A DNA stretch of 64,000 bases, taken from contig JAPUEH010000009.1 of assembly GCA_027492635.1 (NCBI GenBank), forward strand, positions 48-64,047, read 5' to 3'. Each line of letters opens with the position of its first letter. Within the stretch, counting starts at the first letter, position 1. Both the position numbers and the translations under genes were made by a program. Below the pieces are notes generated by a model. The model saw nothing but the letters and a program-made list of their open reading frames with translations. It was not told the DNA's origin and did not search any database. The DNA is from Candidatus Saccharimonadota bacterium. Its GTDB lineage: Bacteria > Patescibacteriota > Saccharimonadia > Saccharimonadales > Saccharimonadaceae. Shown in pieces: positions 27,567-37,227 of this stretch.

Positions 27567-29711
27567 ATGCAACCACAACAAGAACAGATGAAAAAACCGC
27601 TCGAACAATTTGGGCAAGATGTCACTGCGCTCGCGCGCGAAGGCAAACTCGACCCCGTGATTGGGCGCGACGAAGAAATTCGCCGTACTATGCAAATCCT
27701 GAGTCGCCGCACCAAAAATAATCCCGTGCTCATCGGTGAGCCAGGCGTTGGAAAAACAGCCATCGTCGAAGCACTCGCCCAGCGTATCGTCAAAGGTGAC
27801 GCACCTAGCATGCTGCGCGATAAGCGAGTTATTAGCCTAGAAATCAGCACACTTATCGCTGGCGCCTCGTATCGCGGCCAGTTTGAAGAACGCCTACAGG
27901 CTGTGCTGGGAGAAGTCGAAGAAGCAGCCGGTGAAATCCTGTTGTTTGTCGACGAAGTACACACGATCGTGGGTACAGGCGGCGGCGAAGGCTCTATGGA
28001 CGCGGGCAATATACTCAAGCCGCTTCTGGCGCGCGGTAAATTACACATGATCGGTGCGACGACACTCACTGAATACCGTAAATATATCGAAAAAGATGCC
28101 GCGCTAGAGCGACGCTTTCAGCCCGTCTACGTTGGCGAGCCGTCGCAAGATGACACGATAGCGATTTTGCGTGGACTCCAAGAAAAATACGAAGTCCACC
28201 ATGGCGTCAAAATTCAAGATGATGCCCTCGTCGCGGCAACTCGCCTCAGCACTCGCTATATTCCCGATCGTTTTTTGCCAGACAAAGCTGTCGATTTGCT
28301 CGACGAAGCCACCAGCAGTCTCAAAATGCAGCTAGAATCTATGCCGCTAGAGCTCGATCGACTCAAACATAAAATATTGCAGCTCGAAATAGAAGAACGC
28401 GCACTCAAAAAAGACAAATCCGAACGTGCAAAAGCGCGCAAAGGAGAGATCAAAGCACAGATTGAATCGGACAAGTCTCAGGCCAACGCAATCGAAAAAC
28501 GCTGGCAACGCGAACGCGACTTGATTACACGCGTCAACGAATACGCGGAGAAGCTAGAAAAACTACGCATACAGCTTGAGCTGGCCGAACGCGATGCAGA
28601 TTTAGCTATCGCGAGCCGCATCAAATACGGCGATATACCGGAGACAGAAAAAGCGCTGGGCGCTGCCCGTGAAAAACTCATAGAGATTCCCGCTGAAGAG
28701 CGATTGCTACGAGAAGAAGTCACGCCAGAAGATATTGCCGCCGTGGTCGCGCGCTGGACAGGCATTCCTGTCGACAAACTTATAGAAAGCGAGGCACACA
28801 AACTTGCAAACCTCGAACAATCGCTCGAAGCACGGGTTATTGGCCAGCCGCGAGCCATAGAATCTGTTGCAAGCGCAATTCGTCGCTCGCGTGCAGGTCT
28901 CTCCGATATAAATCGACCGATTGGCTCATTTCTTTTTCTCGGTCCTACAGGTGTCGGCAAGACAGAACTCGCCCGCGCGCTGAGCCAGCAACTATTTGAC
29001 GACGAGCATGCCATGGTGCGCATCGATATGAGTGAATACATGGAATCGCACGCCGTCAGCCGCCTGATTGGCTCGCCACCGGGCTACGTTGGTTACGACC
29101 AAGGTGGTCAACTTACCGAAGCGGTACGTCGCCGCCCCTACTCTGTCGTACTGTTCGACGAAATCGAAAAAGCTCACCCAGATGTGTTCAATGTACTTCT
29201 GCAAATGCTCGACGACGGTCGCCTCACCGACGGCCAAGGCCGCACCGTCAATTTCACCAACACGATTATCATCATGACGAGTAATATCGGCTCTTCTACT
29301 ATCGAAACGTGGGATGGCAAAGATTTTAGTACACTCGAAAACACGATGATGGAAAATTTACGCGGATATTTCCGACCAGAATTTTTGAATCGAATCGATG
29401 ACATCGTGATTTTTAACCGCATCCAGCAGGATATCATGCACAAAATAGTCGATACGCAGTTGGCACATACAATCGAGCAGACCAGACTTAGCAAAGATAT
29501 TACTCTGAAAATCTCACCTGAAGTCCGTGACATGTTCGCCCGAGACGGCTACGACCCCTCATTTGGCGCTCGTCCGCTCAAACGTCTTATTCAGCGACGC
29601 TTACTCGACACACTCGCGCTAGAGATTATCGACAGCAAAGTACACGACGGTGATACGCTCAACGTTACGCTGGGCGACCATGACCATATAACATTTAAAC
29701 GCCAGCAGTAA
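27567..29711 (+). CDS. clpB: ClpB-type AAA+ disaggregase, short form lacking the Clp_N domain
   Basis: 714 aa with two NBDs ([12 protein letters not shown] and [11 protein letters not shown]) and a long coiled-coil middle domain. It begins at the position equivalent to E. coli ClpB residue ~150 ([13 protein letters not shown] follows within 30 aa). AGGAGG lies upstream. Confidence 0.93.
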   Translation: MQPQQEQMKKPLEQFGQDVTALAREGKLDPVIGRDEEIRRTMQILSRRTKNNPVLIGEPGVGKTAIVEALAQRIVKGDAPSMLRDKRVISLEISTLIAGASYRGQFEERLQAVLGEVEEAAGEILLFVDEVHTIVGTGGGEGSMDAGNILKPLLARGKLHMIGATTLTEYRKYIEKDAALERRFQPVYVGEPSQDDTIAILRGLQEKYEVHHGVKIQDDALVAATRLSTRYIPDRFLPDKAVDLLDEATSSLKMQLESMPLELDRLKHKILQLEIEERALKKDKSERAKARKGEIKAQIESDKSQANAIEKRWQRERDLITRVNEYAEKLEKLRIQLELAERDADLAIASRIKYGDIPETEKALGAAREKLIEIPAEERLLREEVTPEDIAAVVARWTGIPVDKLIESEAHKLANLEQSLEARVIGQPRAIESVASAIRRSRAGLSDINRPIGSFLFLGPTGVGKTELARALSQQLFDDEHAMVRIDMSEYMESHAVSRLIGSPPGYVGYDQGGQLTEAVRRRPYSVVLFDEIEKAHPDVFNVLLQMLDDGRLTDGQGRTVNFTNTIIIMTSNIGSSTIETWDGKDFSTLENTMMENLRGYFRPEFLNRIDDIVIFNRIQQDIMHKIVDTQLAHTIEQTRLSKDITLKISPEVRDMFARDGYDPSFGARPLKRLIQRRLLDTLALEIIDSKVHDGDTLNVTLGDHDHITFKRQQ

Positions 29712-29746
29712 TAACACGCACATGAGAGCTTAGTAATAGTCTTAGG

Positions 29747-30130
29747 TTAAGGCTGCTGCTTCGCTTTGCCGCTCAACCTCATAATCAGCAGGACAAGACC
29801 CGTGACAAAAGATATCGGACCAAGTAGTACCGTCGCTGCACCTACAAGAAACAAAAACACATTCATCCCAACCCGAAATGCCGATGCGTCAGCAAATAGC
29901 GCACCCTCCTCCGGCTCTACTTGCCCAAACATAAATGCCAGAAGCGCATATAGAACTACAGACAGAAGCAGCATAGGGACTGGCCACACTATCATAAGGA
30001 TAATCCATTTGAGTGGTACTCCTGTCTTGTCACCAGATGATGACTGCGCTACGACGCTGCTATCACGTGGAACAAATTCTGGCGGATTTGTCGGAGCCGA
30101 CTGTTCTGTAGTTGGAGCGTGATCATTCAT
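29747..30130 (-). CDS. Hypothetical membrane protein
   Basis: 127-aa ORF with a polar N-terminus and three hydrophobic helices. The extended -10 TGCTATACT ends 9 nt before the ATG, so the mRNA is likely leaderless. Confidence 0.5.
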   Translation of the reverse strand: MNDHAPTTEQSAPTNPPEFVPRDSSVVAQSSSGDKTGVPLKWIILMIVWPVPMLLLSVVLYALLAFMFGQVEPEEGALFADASAFRVGMNVFLFLVGAATVLLGPISFVTGLVLLIMRLSGKAKQQP

Positions 30131-30245
30131 ATTTCAGCCAGTATAGCACACCTCCCCACAGTCTCGGGACATTTTTCCACATTATTCTATAGCTTTTCAA
30201 CCCCTGTTTAAGTCATATATGATATATTGCGCGACAAAAAATATG

Positions 30246-30274
30246 TTGACAAAACATTTCGCTTATGCTATATT
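30246..30274 (+). promoter_or_regulatory. Consensus promoter TTGACA-N17-TATATT
   Basis: gTTGACAaaacatttcgcttatgcTATATTgtaaacATG. The ATG at 30281 is 7 nt after the -10. Confidence 0.65.
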
Positions 30275-30280
30275 GTAAAC

Positions 30281-30397
30281 ATGGCTAACGTAAGTAATAC
30301 AAAACAAACACAACAGCCATCTGCATTGGCTACATTTCAACTAGGTTTTGAATATGACATTACCTGGGCAGCCGTGCATAAACAACACAAAAAATAG
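30281..30397 (+). CDS. 38-aa micro-protein (leaderless), unknown function
   Basis: ATG..TAG encodes MANVSNTKQTQQPSALATFQLGFEYDITWAAVHKQHKK. It is bracketed by a consensus promoter and an intrinsic terminator and falls below the ORF-track size cutoff. Confidence 0.45.
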   Translation: MANVSNTKQTQQPSALATFQLGFEYDITWAAVHKQHKK

Positions 30398-30424
30398 TCG
30401 CGTTATATATCAAACGGACTTTTT

Positions 30425-30454
30425 ACCACCAGATGCGAGGTCTGGTGGTTTTTC
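30425..30454 (+). terminator. Intrinsic terminator of the micro-gene
   Basis: accaccaga-tgcgagg-tctggtggt followed by ttttt. Confidence 0.8.
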
Positions 30455-30655
30455 GTTGGAATAATTCAAGCCTCTATACTTGTTTTTCGAAGACTAAAAG
30501 CGAAGAGCAACCCTGCTTATTTTTAGCCAGAAGCAAAAATAACAGGCGTGGAACGGTCGAGAAAAATAAGTATGGAGACTTGAATAAGCATTTTCCCACA
30601 ATCCCGCATATGTTTTCCACTAGCTTTTTTAATAGCCATATGACAATATATAGAC

Positions 30656-31144
30656 ATGATATGTATATATTGTTTACACAAAAAGACACAAACACCCAAC
30701 TCTAGACCACACAAAAAAGCCACCCAAGTATGGCGGCGGCGGCACTGTCCAAACTGCAAGCGAACATTCACCACCTATGAGCGTCCTTCACTTGAAGATA
30801 TGGCTATCATCTATGGCAAACAATCCACCGGTATGTTTTCGATAGGCAAGCTGACGGCAAGTATTCATAAGTCTATTGCACACCTCACGCAAGCCGGAAC
30901 CCACAGCTATGAGCTTGCGCGCACTGTCGAACTACACCTTATACAAAAGTATGATATCACTAGCCCGCTCACTCCCGCAGCCATTGCAGAAGAGACGCAC
31001 AGAGTAGTGACACACTACGATGCAGCGTGCGGACTACAGTATGGCGTTACTCACGGACTTATCGCTTCGATCCGACGCCGCGGGAGGCCTTCCACCACTG
31101 CCACCAATGCCGACGAATCCCCTGCTCACGAGCAATCTCTGTGA
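30656..31144 (+). CDS. nrdR: NrdR-like transcriptional repressor (zinc ribbon + ATP-cone)
   Basis: MICIYCLHKKTQTPNSRP...WRRRHCPNCKRTFTTYERP matches the NrdR CxxC...RRRxCxxCxxRFTTxE pattern. Confidence 0.8.
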   Translation: MICIYCLHKKTQTPNSRPHKKATQVWRRRHCPNCKRTFTTYERPSLEDMAIIYGKQSTGMFSIGKLTASIHKSIAHLTQAGTHSYELARTVELHLIQKYDITSPLTPAAIAEETHRVVTHYDAACGLQYGVTHGLIASIRRRGRPSTTATNADESPAHEQSL

Positions 31145-32759
31145 CGGTTGCTTTTTCTGTCACGTCAAATTTGTCTAGATACCTACCAAAAAGTAGGTGC
31201 ATCTGGGCATTTAATGCCGACATGGCACCATACAAAATTGAAGTCATCGGCATCAATAGCCACTGTGCTACCATAAGCAATGTTCGACGCCGCTTATAAC
31301 GTTCTGGTCGCGGTGGAAGCATCTTAAATGACAGGAATATGGAGATACATAGACCTATGAGCGCAATTTGCTGCAAGCTACTAATCACCACAGGTAACTG
31401 ATGCGCAGGTACGCTACGAGCCGACTCCGGGCTAAACAACAATGGCACCCACCCACCAAGTGCAATCATAATCGAAACAGTCGCAAGGGTTACATGGCCA
31501 TCGAGCAGCTCCCAAAATTTAATTATTGAATCACCGAAAGGCACCTGTCGTTTTTTTGTAAACACGCGCACTGCTACATATGGTACGTCAGATGCCCCGT
31601 ATGCCCAGCGTCTAAGTTGTTTAAACTGCGCAAAGAGCGTTTTTTTGTAGGTGTCCGAGAGTACCGCATCCTGATAAATAGGCACGTAGATAGGTGTGAC
31701 CGCGTAGTCACCCTTGAAGTAGAAGTAGCTCCGCCAAAACTGATGGCCATCCTCAACGATTGAGCGCTTACTCCAAAAATCCATCCCATCTAGCGCAGAC
31801 AGCGGCTGCGAATGCGAGGCAAAGTTGCGCAGTTTGGCGGGCCGCATTGATGAAATGATATTCCAGAATGAGTTACCCGTAGCAATAACACGCATAGGGG
31901 CAGGTACATCCCAAATGTTGTTGAGAAAAAGTGATACAGGCTGATAAGATAAGCGCTGGCGATCTGGGTGAACGATATATTCATAGGATACATAGTCAAA
32001 ATAGCCGGCATGCGGGCGGTTGTCGCAGTCTAGCGTCGTGACAATCACATCGTCAAAATTAACCTTTTGGCGACGGAGTGTCTTTGCGAGAAACTGGCCC
32101 GCGTAGGTAATATTGCCGCCCTTGCCAATCACTTCATCAGGCATATCGGCTGGGTGTTCGACGGTGTAAAAAGCCCCAAACTGTGCACCATAACGCTTCT
32201 CAAGTGTCTTGGCTACTTTCTTGATACCCTCTCCCCCTCGCTGCTCATAGGCAAACACGATAATCAATTGGCTATTATCGATAGTCGTATGAAGAAGAGA
32301 TCTGATTGTCGGCTCAATGACCTCAAGGGACTCATTGTATGCCGCCACAATCACCGCATGGCGAAGCTGTGACGGCTTGGGGAATGATGAGGGATCCGCA
32401 GCTACTATCCGTAAGTTGCGAATATGCGTCGATTGACCAAATTGAGTTGTCTTACGGGTTTCTTCATGGCCGAGACTACTGGCCGGGTCCTCAAGGTCGA
32501 GCAAACGTCGATGCCAACTGACTTTTTGTGCCGCGGTAATATAGCGAAACCCTCGTATAGTATGAGTAGCAATCACAACCGCACGAACTAGCGCTGCTAA
32601 AATAATAATCAACAAATAGGCGCTCGCAAGCGCGGCATTGATCCAGGATAACACAAATAGCAGCAGTAATACCGTAAGGCTCAAGACACCTGGTAGCATC
32701 TCGAAAAAGCGGTATTTTTTCGTGCGTTTGCCAAGAGGAAGTTCAAGCGATGGAGGCAT
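31059..32759 (-). CDS. Membrane-embedded family-2 glycosyltransferase (processive, cellulose/chitin-synthase-like)
   Basis: 566 aa. N-terminal TM helices are followed by VIVAAYNES, TTLDCDN and QLRRWAYG (QxxRW), then C-terminal TM helices. The last 86 nt overlap nrdR convergently. Confidence 0.85.
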   Translation of the reverse strand: MPPSLELPLGKRTKKYRFFEMLPGVLSLTVLLLLFVLSWINAALASAYLLIIILAALVRAVVIATHTIRGFRYITAAQKVSWHRRLLDLEDPASSLGHEETRKTTQFGQSTHIRNLRIVAADPSSFPKPSQLRHAVIVAAYNESLEVIEPTIRSLLHTTIDNSQLIIVFAYEQRGGEGIKKVAKTLEKRYGAQFGAFYTVEHPADMPDEVIGKGGNITYAGQFLAKTLRRQKVNFDDVIVTTLDCDNRPHAGYFDYVSYEYIVHPDRQRLSYQPVSLFLNNIWDVPAPMRVIATGNSFWNIISSMRPAKLRNFASHSQPLSALDGMDFWSKRSIVEDGHQFWRSYFYFKGDYAVTPIYVPIYQDAVLSDTYKKTLFAQFKQLRRWAYGASDVPYVAVRVFTKKRQVPFGDSIIKFWELLDGHVTLATVSIMIALGGWVPLLFSPESARSVPAHQLPVVISSLQQIALIGLCISIFLSFKMLPPRPERYKRRRTLLMVAQWLLMPMTSILYGAMSALNAQMHLLFGRYLDKFDVTEKATVTEIAREQGIRRHWWQWWKASRGVGSKR

Positions 32760-32764
32760 GGTAC

Positions 32765-33142
32765 CTACAGCGGAAATGCCACGTTAACGATTCGTAAAAA
32801 GTTAGCTACACCGAGCACTACCATGCCAAGAGAAAACCATCCAAAGTACAGTGCAAAGCGACGGCCCTTTAAGACATACAGCTTGGCTCCGATAGCCGTG
32901 TGAGCAATCGCCACCATCACAAAAAACGCTACATAGGATATGGCATAAAACCATTGGTCAGTATAGAAATTCACCCCTCCGTAAGAGTTATACCGCGTAA
33001 CAACCTGTATTTCCGATACTTTGATACGAATAGCAAAGTAGACCGCCGCAACAAGACAACCAACAATAAGTGTTGCAAAAATAGCCAGCATAGCACGATC
33101 TTTCGCAATATGCTTTATGGTGGTGGTAATCGTATCTCGCAT
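32765..33142 (-). CDS. Hypothetical 4-TM membrane protein
   Basis: 125-aa hydrophobic ORF located 5 nt upstream of the GT2 gene on the same strand. Confidence 0.55.
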   Translation of the reverse strand: MRDTITTTIKHIAKDRAMLAIFATLIVGCLVAAVYFAIRIKVSEIQVVTRYNSYGGVNFYTDQWFYAISYVAFFVMVAIAHTAIGAKLYVLKGRRFALYFGWFSLGMVVLGVANFLRIVNVAFPL

Positions 33143-33245
33143 AGTTCAACTTCTAGTATATCATGATGCGCTGCCTATGGATTATCTCTCGTGGCAAAGA
33201 GGTAATTTGAGTGACAGATCATATTTCTAGACATTTTCGATGTCA

Positions 33246-33321
33246 TGGAGCCGCTGACCGGATTTGAACCGGTGACCTACGCTTTACGAAAGCGCCGCTC
33301 TACCAGCTGAGCTACAGCGGC
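33246..33321 (-). tRNA. tRNA-Thr (CGT), CCA encoded, U73 discriminator
   Basis: Minus strand: GCCGCTG TA GCTC AGCTGGTA GAGC G GCGCT TTCGTAA AGCGT AGGTC ACCGG TTCAAAT CCGGT CAGCGGC T CCA. Confidence 0.95.
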
Positions 33322-33400
33322 AAGCTCTTTAACAATCTCCATTGTATCATATCCACCTCTTGCACTACGGTAATTTATTTGCTATGATTATTTAAGTTCT

Positions 33401-33478
33401 GCGCTCGTAGTGAAGTTGGCCTATCACGCCTCCCTGTCACGGAGGAGATCGCCGGTTCGAATCCGGTCGGGCGCGCCA
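33401..33478 (+). tRNA. tRNA-Asp (GTC), CCA encoded
   Basis: GCGCTCG TA GTGA AGTTGGCCTA TCAC G CCTCC CTGTCAC GGAGG AGATC GCCGG TTCGAAT CCGGT CGGGCGC G CCA. Confidence 0.95.
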
Positions 33479-33479
33479 T

Positions 33480-33513
33480 AGAAATAGACTCACCTTTCGG
33501 TGGGTCTATTTCT
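33480..33513 (+). terminator. 15-bp stem-loop after tRNA-Asp
   Basis: agaaatagactcacc-tttc-ggtgggtctatttct, with one non-Watson-Crick A:G position and no strong T-run. Confidence 0.5.
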
Positions 33514-33586
33514 ATCTTGATTGTCTTCTCATGAACTTCATAATCTGTTACACTATACTTACGAATAAGCATAATAAAAATAAATA

Positions 33587-35500
33587 ATGAAACATTTTCT
33601 CAAGTTAGCACTGCCTATCTTTATCGGTTTTACTGGCTTTCTTTATATCGTCATGACCACACCGCTCCAAGCGGCGCCAGCGGGTCTCTACTTTAATCCC
33701 GGCAGTGGAAACTTCACTCAAGGCCAAGAGTTTATAGTAGACATTTATGGCACAGCACCCTCCAACTTCGGTGCACCGTCAACCAATGTCGTCGTAAAGT
33801 ATCCAGGGGACTCTCTTGCCGTTGTAGAGGTAAACAAAACAAGCAGCGCCATACCCGCTGCAACACTCACTAGCACACCTGCGCAGCAAACCGTATCTTT
33901 TACCAACACAATATTTGGCGTCAGTGCAGGTATCGACAACAAAAAACTCTTTGCCATAAAATTCCGTACCCTCAAGCCAGGCCCAGCCGTTTTAGACTTC
34001 ACGTCAACTTTTCTTGGCGGACACACTGTCACAAAAACTCCCAGTACCTACACGATTGCGGCACCTACCTGTCCCGCTGGACAAATAGGTACACCGCCCA
34101 ATTGTACTACCCCGCCGCCGCCAACATGTCCTACTGGGCAAGTTGGTACACCGCCCAATTGTACAACACCAGCTCCTACACCTACGCCAACAAAACCAAC
34201 GACCCCCGCGGCGCCACGCCAGCCAGCCGCTACGCCCACGCCCACCCCAGCCACACCAAACACAAGCATACCCACTCAGCCGACTGAGCAGCAAGAAGCA
34301 AAACCACCAGAAGAACTTGCCATAAAAGACATCAGTGTTATACCAAGTTATGATACCGCCGCTATCACCTGGCAATCAAACAAAAAAATGAAGACAAGCT
34401 CACTTGCCTATGGCACTAGCGCAGACAAGCTAGATAACAAGGCCGTCGTAACAAATGACGAGGCTGGTTTGGAATCGCAAACAAAGATAGCCAAACTGCA
34501 GCTCGGTGTACAATATTTTTATACAATCACCATTACCTCTGACGACTCAGCAACAGTAACGCAAAAAGGCAGCTTTACAACCAAAGCCTACCCTGTCCTA
34601 CTGCGCATCTCTCATAATCGGCAACCCATCGCAAAAGGGAAGGTTCAACTTACGGGCTTTGATGAATCATATACGACAAGCGACAAAGGCGAGGTCGCTC
34701 TTTCGCTAAAGCCTGGTGATTACACGTTCACTTTTACAAAAGATGCTATTTCCGAAGAGCAGAAATTTACAGTTAAGAAACTCGATATACAGCCCGGCAA
34801 AGCACCCGATACGCAAGTGGTAGCTGTCGATATATCAGCTACACCGCAAACGACAGCTAATTCGAGCCGCCTAGGCGCAATAGTAGCCGGAACATTTCTT
34901 TTTCTTCTCTTAATCGGCAGTATCGTCGGGTTTTTGATTTGGAAAAAACGCCGACAATCCCAAGATGCCCTAGGTTATCAATCAGTTATAGACGATTTCG
35001 CACCTATGACGCCTGACATTAGCGAAGGAGGAGCAGGTGCCTATCAGCCACCAACTCCACTCACCTATCCAAATACTCAGCCCGACTACATCGCACCGGC
35101 ATCATACATGACAACCCCCTACCAAGGTCAACAATTGGTCGGTACCACCGAACCAGAGCACACAACGACCCTAGAAGAACCCTCGAATGACATATGGGAT
35201 GCAACCCCAATGCCGCTTGCACAACAGGCAGCAACTGCAACAGAGCTCAGCCAACAGCAAGTCGCTGATATACCTACAAGTGAGGCGTCACAGCCCTATA
35301 CTTACGCGGAAGTACAAACCTCAGCGGCAACTCAAGATATCGAATACGCCGCCAACAACGAGTCATACGAGCCTCCTCTGGCAGTAGAACAGCCTGCCGC
35401 ATATCAAGCTTCGCCTGAAATTGATAGGCAGCTCACAACACCAGCAGATGAATACGAATATAACGAAGACAATAGTATGACGATTCATCATAGCTCATAG
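33587..35500 (+). CDS. Surface protein: signal peptide, cohesin-like domain, Cys/Pro repeats, Pro/Thr linker, Ig/FN3-like region, TM helix, low-complexity cytoplasmic tail
   Basis: 637 aa. It starts MKHFLKLALPIFIGFTGFLYIV..LQA. The tandem motif is CPAGQIGTPPNCTTP / CPTGQVGTPPNCTTP. The TM segment is LGAIVAGTFLFLLLIGSIVGFLIW followed by KKRR. Confidence 0.7.
   Translation: MKHFLKLALPIFIGFTGFLYIVMTTPLQAAPAGLYFNPGSGNFTQGQEFIVDIYGTAPSNFGAPSTNVVVKYPGDSLAVVEVNKTSSAIPAATLTSTPAQQTVSFTNTIFGVSAGIDNKKLFAIKFRTLKPGPAVLDFTSTFLGGHTVTKTPSTYTIAAPTCPAGQIGTPPNCTTPPPPTCPTGQVGTPPNCTTPAPTPTPTKPTTPAAPRQPAATPTPTPATPNTSIPTQPTEQQEAKPPEELAIKDISVIPSYDTAAITWQSNKKMKTSSLAYGTSADKLDNKAVVTNDEAGLESQTKIAKLQLGVQYFYTITITSDDSATVTQKGSFTTKAYPVLLRISHNRQPIAKGKVQLTGFDESYTTSDKGEVALSLKPGDYTFTFTKDAISEEQKFTVKKLDIQPGKAPDTQVVAVDISATPQTTANSSRLGAIVAGTFLFLLLIGSIVGFLIWKKRRQSQDALGYQSVIDDFAPMTPDISEGGAGAYQPPTPLTYPNTQPDYIAPASYMTTPYQGQQLVGTTEPEHTTTLEEPSNDIWDATPMPLAQQAATATELSQQQVADIPTSEASQPYTYAEVQTSAATQDIEYAANNESYEPPLAVEQPAAYQASPEIDRQLTTPADEYEYNEDNSMTIHHSS
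34066..34170 (+). repeat. In-gene tandem repeat encoding CPxGQxGTPPNCTTP
   Basis: The 20-nt exact repeat ggtacaccgcccaattgtac occurs at 34088-34107 and 34145-34164, within two ~45-nt units. Confidence 0.85.
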
Positions 35501-35526
35501 GACCCTCACTCCACTGAAAGTACTTC

Positions 35527-36132
35527 TTAGCTTTGCCGACGGCTTTGTTCGTATCGCTGCTCAACAGTAGGCCAATCTACGATGTCCCACCACGCCTTGA
35601 TATAGTCGGCGCGAACATTGCGATAATCCAGATAATAGGCATGCTCCCATACATCAAGCCCAAGTATCGGGACCTCTCCACCCTGCATGATCGGATTATC
35701 CTGATTTGGTAGCGACAGAAGCTCAAGGTTTGGCTGCAGCCAAACCCAACCACTGCCGAAAAGCCCTGCAGCCTGAGCGCTAAATGTATCAATAAAATCC
35801 TGAAAACTACCGTACTTCTCAACAAGCGCACTAGCCAAATCACCACTAGGTTGTCCGCCACCACGCGGACTCATACTCTCCCAGAAAAAGGTATGGTTAT
35901 AATGACCGCCACCGTTATTGCGTACCGCTGTACGCACAGAATCAGGCAACACATCAAGCGAACGCAGAATATGCTCAATAGAACTTGGCTCATCTTGCTC
36001 CTTTAGTGCTGCATTTAACTTGTCGACATATGCTTGATGGTGCTTAGTATGATGCAACTCCATAATCTCTTTGCTAATACTACGCGACAAAGCATCATAG
36101 TCGTATCCAAGATTTGGTAGTAAATATGTCAT
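35527..36132 (-). CDS. sodA: Fe/Mn superoxide dismutase
   Basis: MTYLLPNLGYDYDALSRSISKEIMELHHTKHHQAYV ... GLDVWEHAYYLDYRNVR. Confidence 0.96.
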   Translation of the reverse strand: MTYLLPNLGYDYDALSRSISKEIMELHHTKHHQAYVDKLNAALKEQDEPSSIEHILRSLDVLPDSVRTAVRNNGGGHYNHTFFWESMSPRGGGQPSGDLASALVEKYGSFQDFIDTFSAQAAGLFGSGWVWLQPNLELLSLPNQDNPIMQGGEVPILGLDVWEHAYYLDYRNVRADYIKAWWDIVDWPTVEQRYEQSRRQS

Positions 36133-36144
36133 AGCAAAACCTCC

Positions 36145-37227
36145 TTATTTAGCGTGAACTTGTTGTGCCTGTTGGGATGGAATATCAATAAAATAATGGA
36201 TCTTGTTTTCTTTTTTCAGTGTTTCGATCTGCTGCTTGAACTGTTTGAGCGGGACTTTGATAAACTGATAGTTAATTTCACCGTCTTTATTCGTATCAAT
36301 CAACTTCACAAAGTAATAGCCATCTCCGCTAAGCGGCTTGATTGGCCCGGATACCTCATCTTTTTTTAGTTTTGCTGCAGCAGCAGCCAGGCCGCCGTCT
36401 TTGTTATCTTTTTTTACCCAACCAGACGACAGTACCTGTATACCATTGGCAGGATTGCCATACTTTGCCGCAATCTCCTCGAAAGGTGTTGACGCCTGCT
36501 TTGCTAATATCTGCTTGATGTCATCTGATGTTTTGCGTGCAGAGGCGTCAACGTGATACGCAACAGCCTGGCGCAGCATGCTCTCTCGCAGGTAATACCT
36601 GTTCTCGGCTGGCGATAAGCCATACAGCTGCTCGACAGAACGATCGATAACCTCCTGGCTAATTGCTGCCTGACCGGATGATGTTTGAATAAGCGCCTTA
36701 ATGGCTTGATCGATTTGCTGATCAGATATAGTAATACTATACTGATTTGCAAGCTTCTGCGCATACGTGTCGGTTACGGCATTTTCCATAGCCTGTGCTT
36801 TATAAAAATCATATAAACTCTTATTACTACCGCCGCCTGCATATTGCGCTTCATTGGCCTTTTCGGCCGTATTGAGATATGTTTCAGACATTTTGTAGTT
36901 CAAGAGGTAGTCGCCATACTTCACGTACGCACCGTCGACTTGCGCCACGGGAAGCGGTACTACACGTGTTACGCGATAATAAAAAGCATCTGTCGTCTGT
37001 GCTTTATAAAGCTGCCACCACGACACCAGCAAAAACACTATCACGACAGCAAAGCCAATTGCAAAGGCGGTAAACACAAGCCGATGCTTGGTATATTGTA
37101 CCGGATATTTAAAACGACGACCTTCAGCTAGAATTCGCTCGCGATGTTCGGCAACCGTTTCGTTAGTTATCCGCGTCGGCTTCTCTTGTTTGTTCGACCG
37201 CTTCAGCTTCGATGTAATTTTCTTCAT
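36145..37227 (-). CDS. SurA/PpiD-like membrane-anchored chaperone / parvulin-type PPIase
   Basis: 360 aa with an N-terminal TM anchor (LVFTAFAIGFAVVIVFLLV), a SurA_N-like helical region and a C-terminal parvulin-like segment (VSGPIKPLSGDGYYFVKL). It overlaps the upstream gene by 65 nt. Confidence 0.65.
   Translation of the reverse strand: MKKITSKLKRSNKQEKPTRITNETVAEHRERILAEGRRFKYPVQYTKHRLVFTAFAIGFAVVIVFLLVSWWQLYKAQTTDAFYYRVTRVVPLPVAQVDGAYVKYGDYLLNYKMSETYLNTAEKANEAQYAGGGSNKSLYDFYKAQAMENAVTDTYAQKLANQYSITISDQQIDQAIKALIQTSSGQAAISQEVIDRSVEQLYGLSPAENRYYLRESMLRQAVAYHVDASARKTSDDIKQILAKQASTPFEEIAAKYGNPANGIQVLSSGWVKKDNKDGGLAAAAAKLKKDEVSGPIKPLSGDGYYFVKLIDTNKDGEINYQFIKVPLKQFKQQIETLKKENKIHYFIDIPSQQAQQVHAK

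Noticed and set aside
33375-33572. 65-aa ORF on the minus strand
   Set aside because: It overlaps tRNA-Asp and its stem-loop on the antisense strand.
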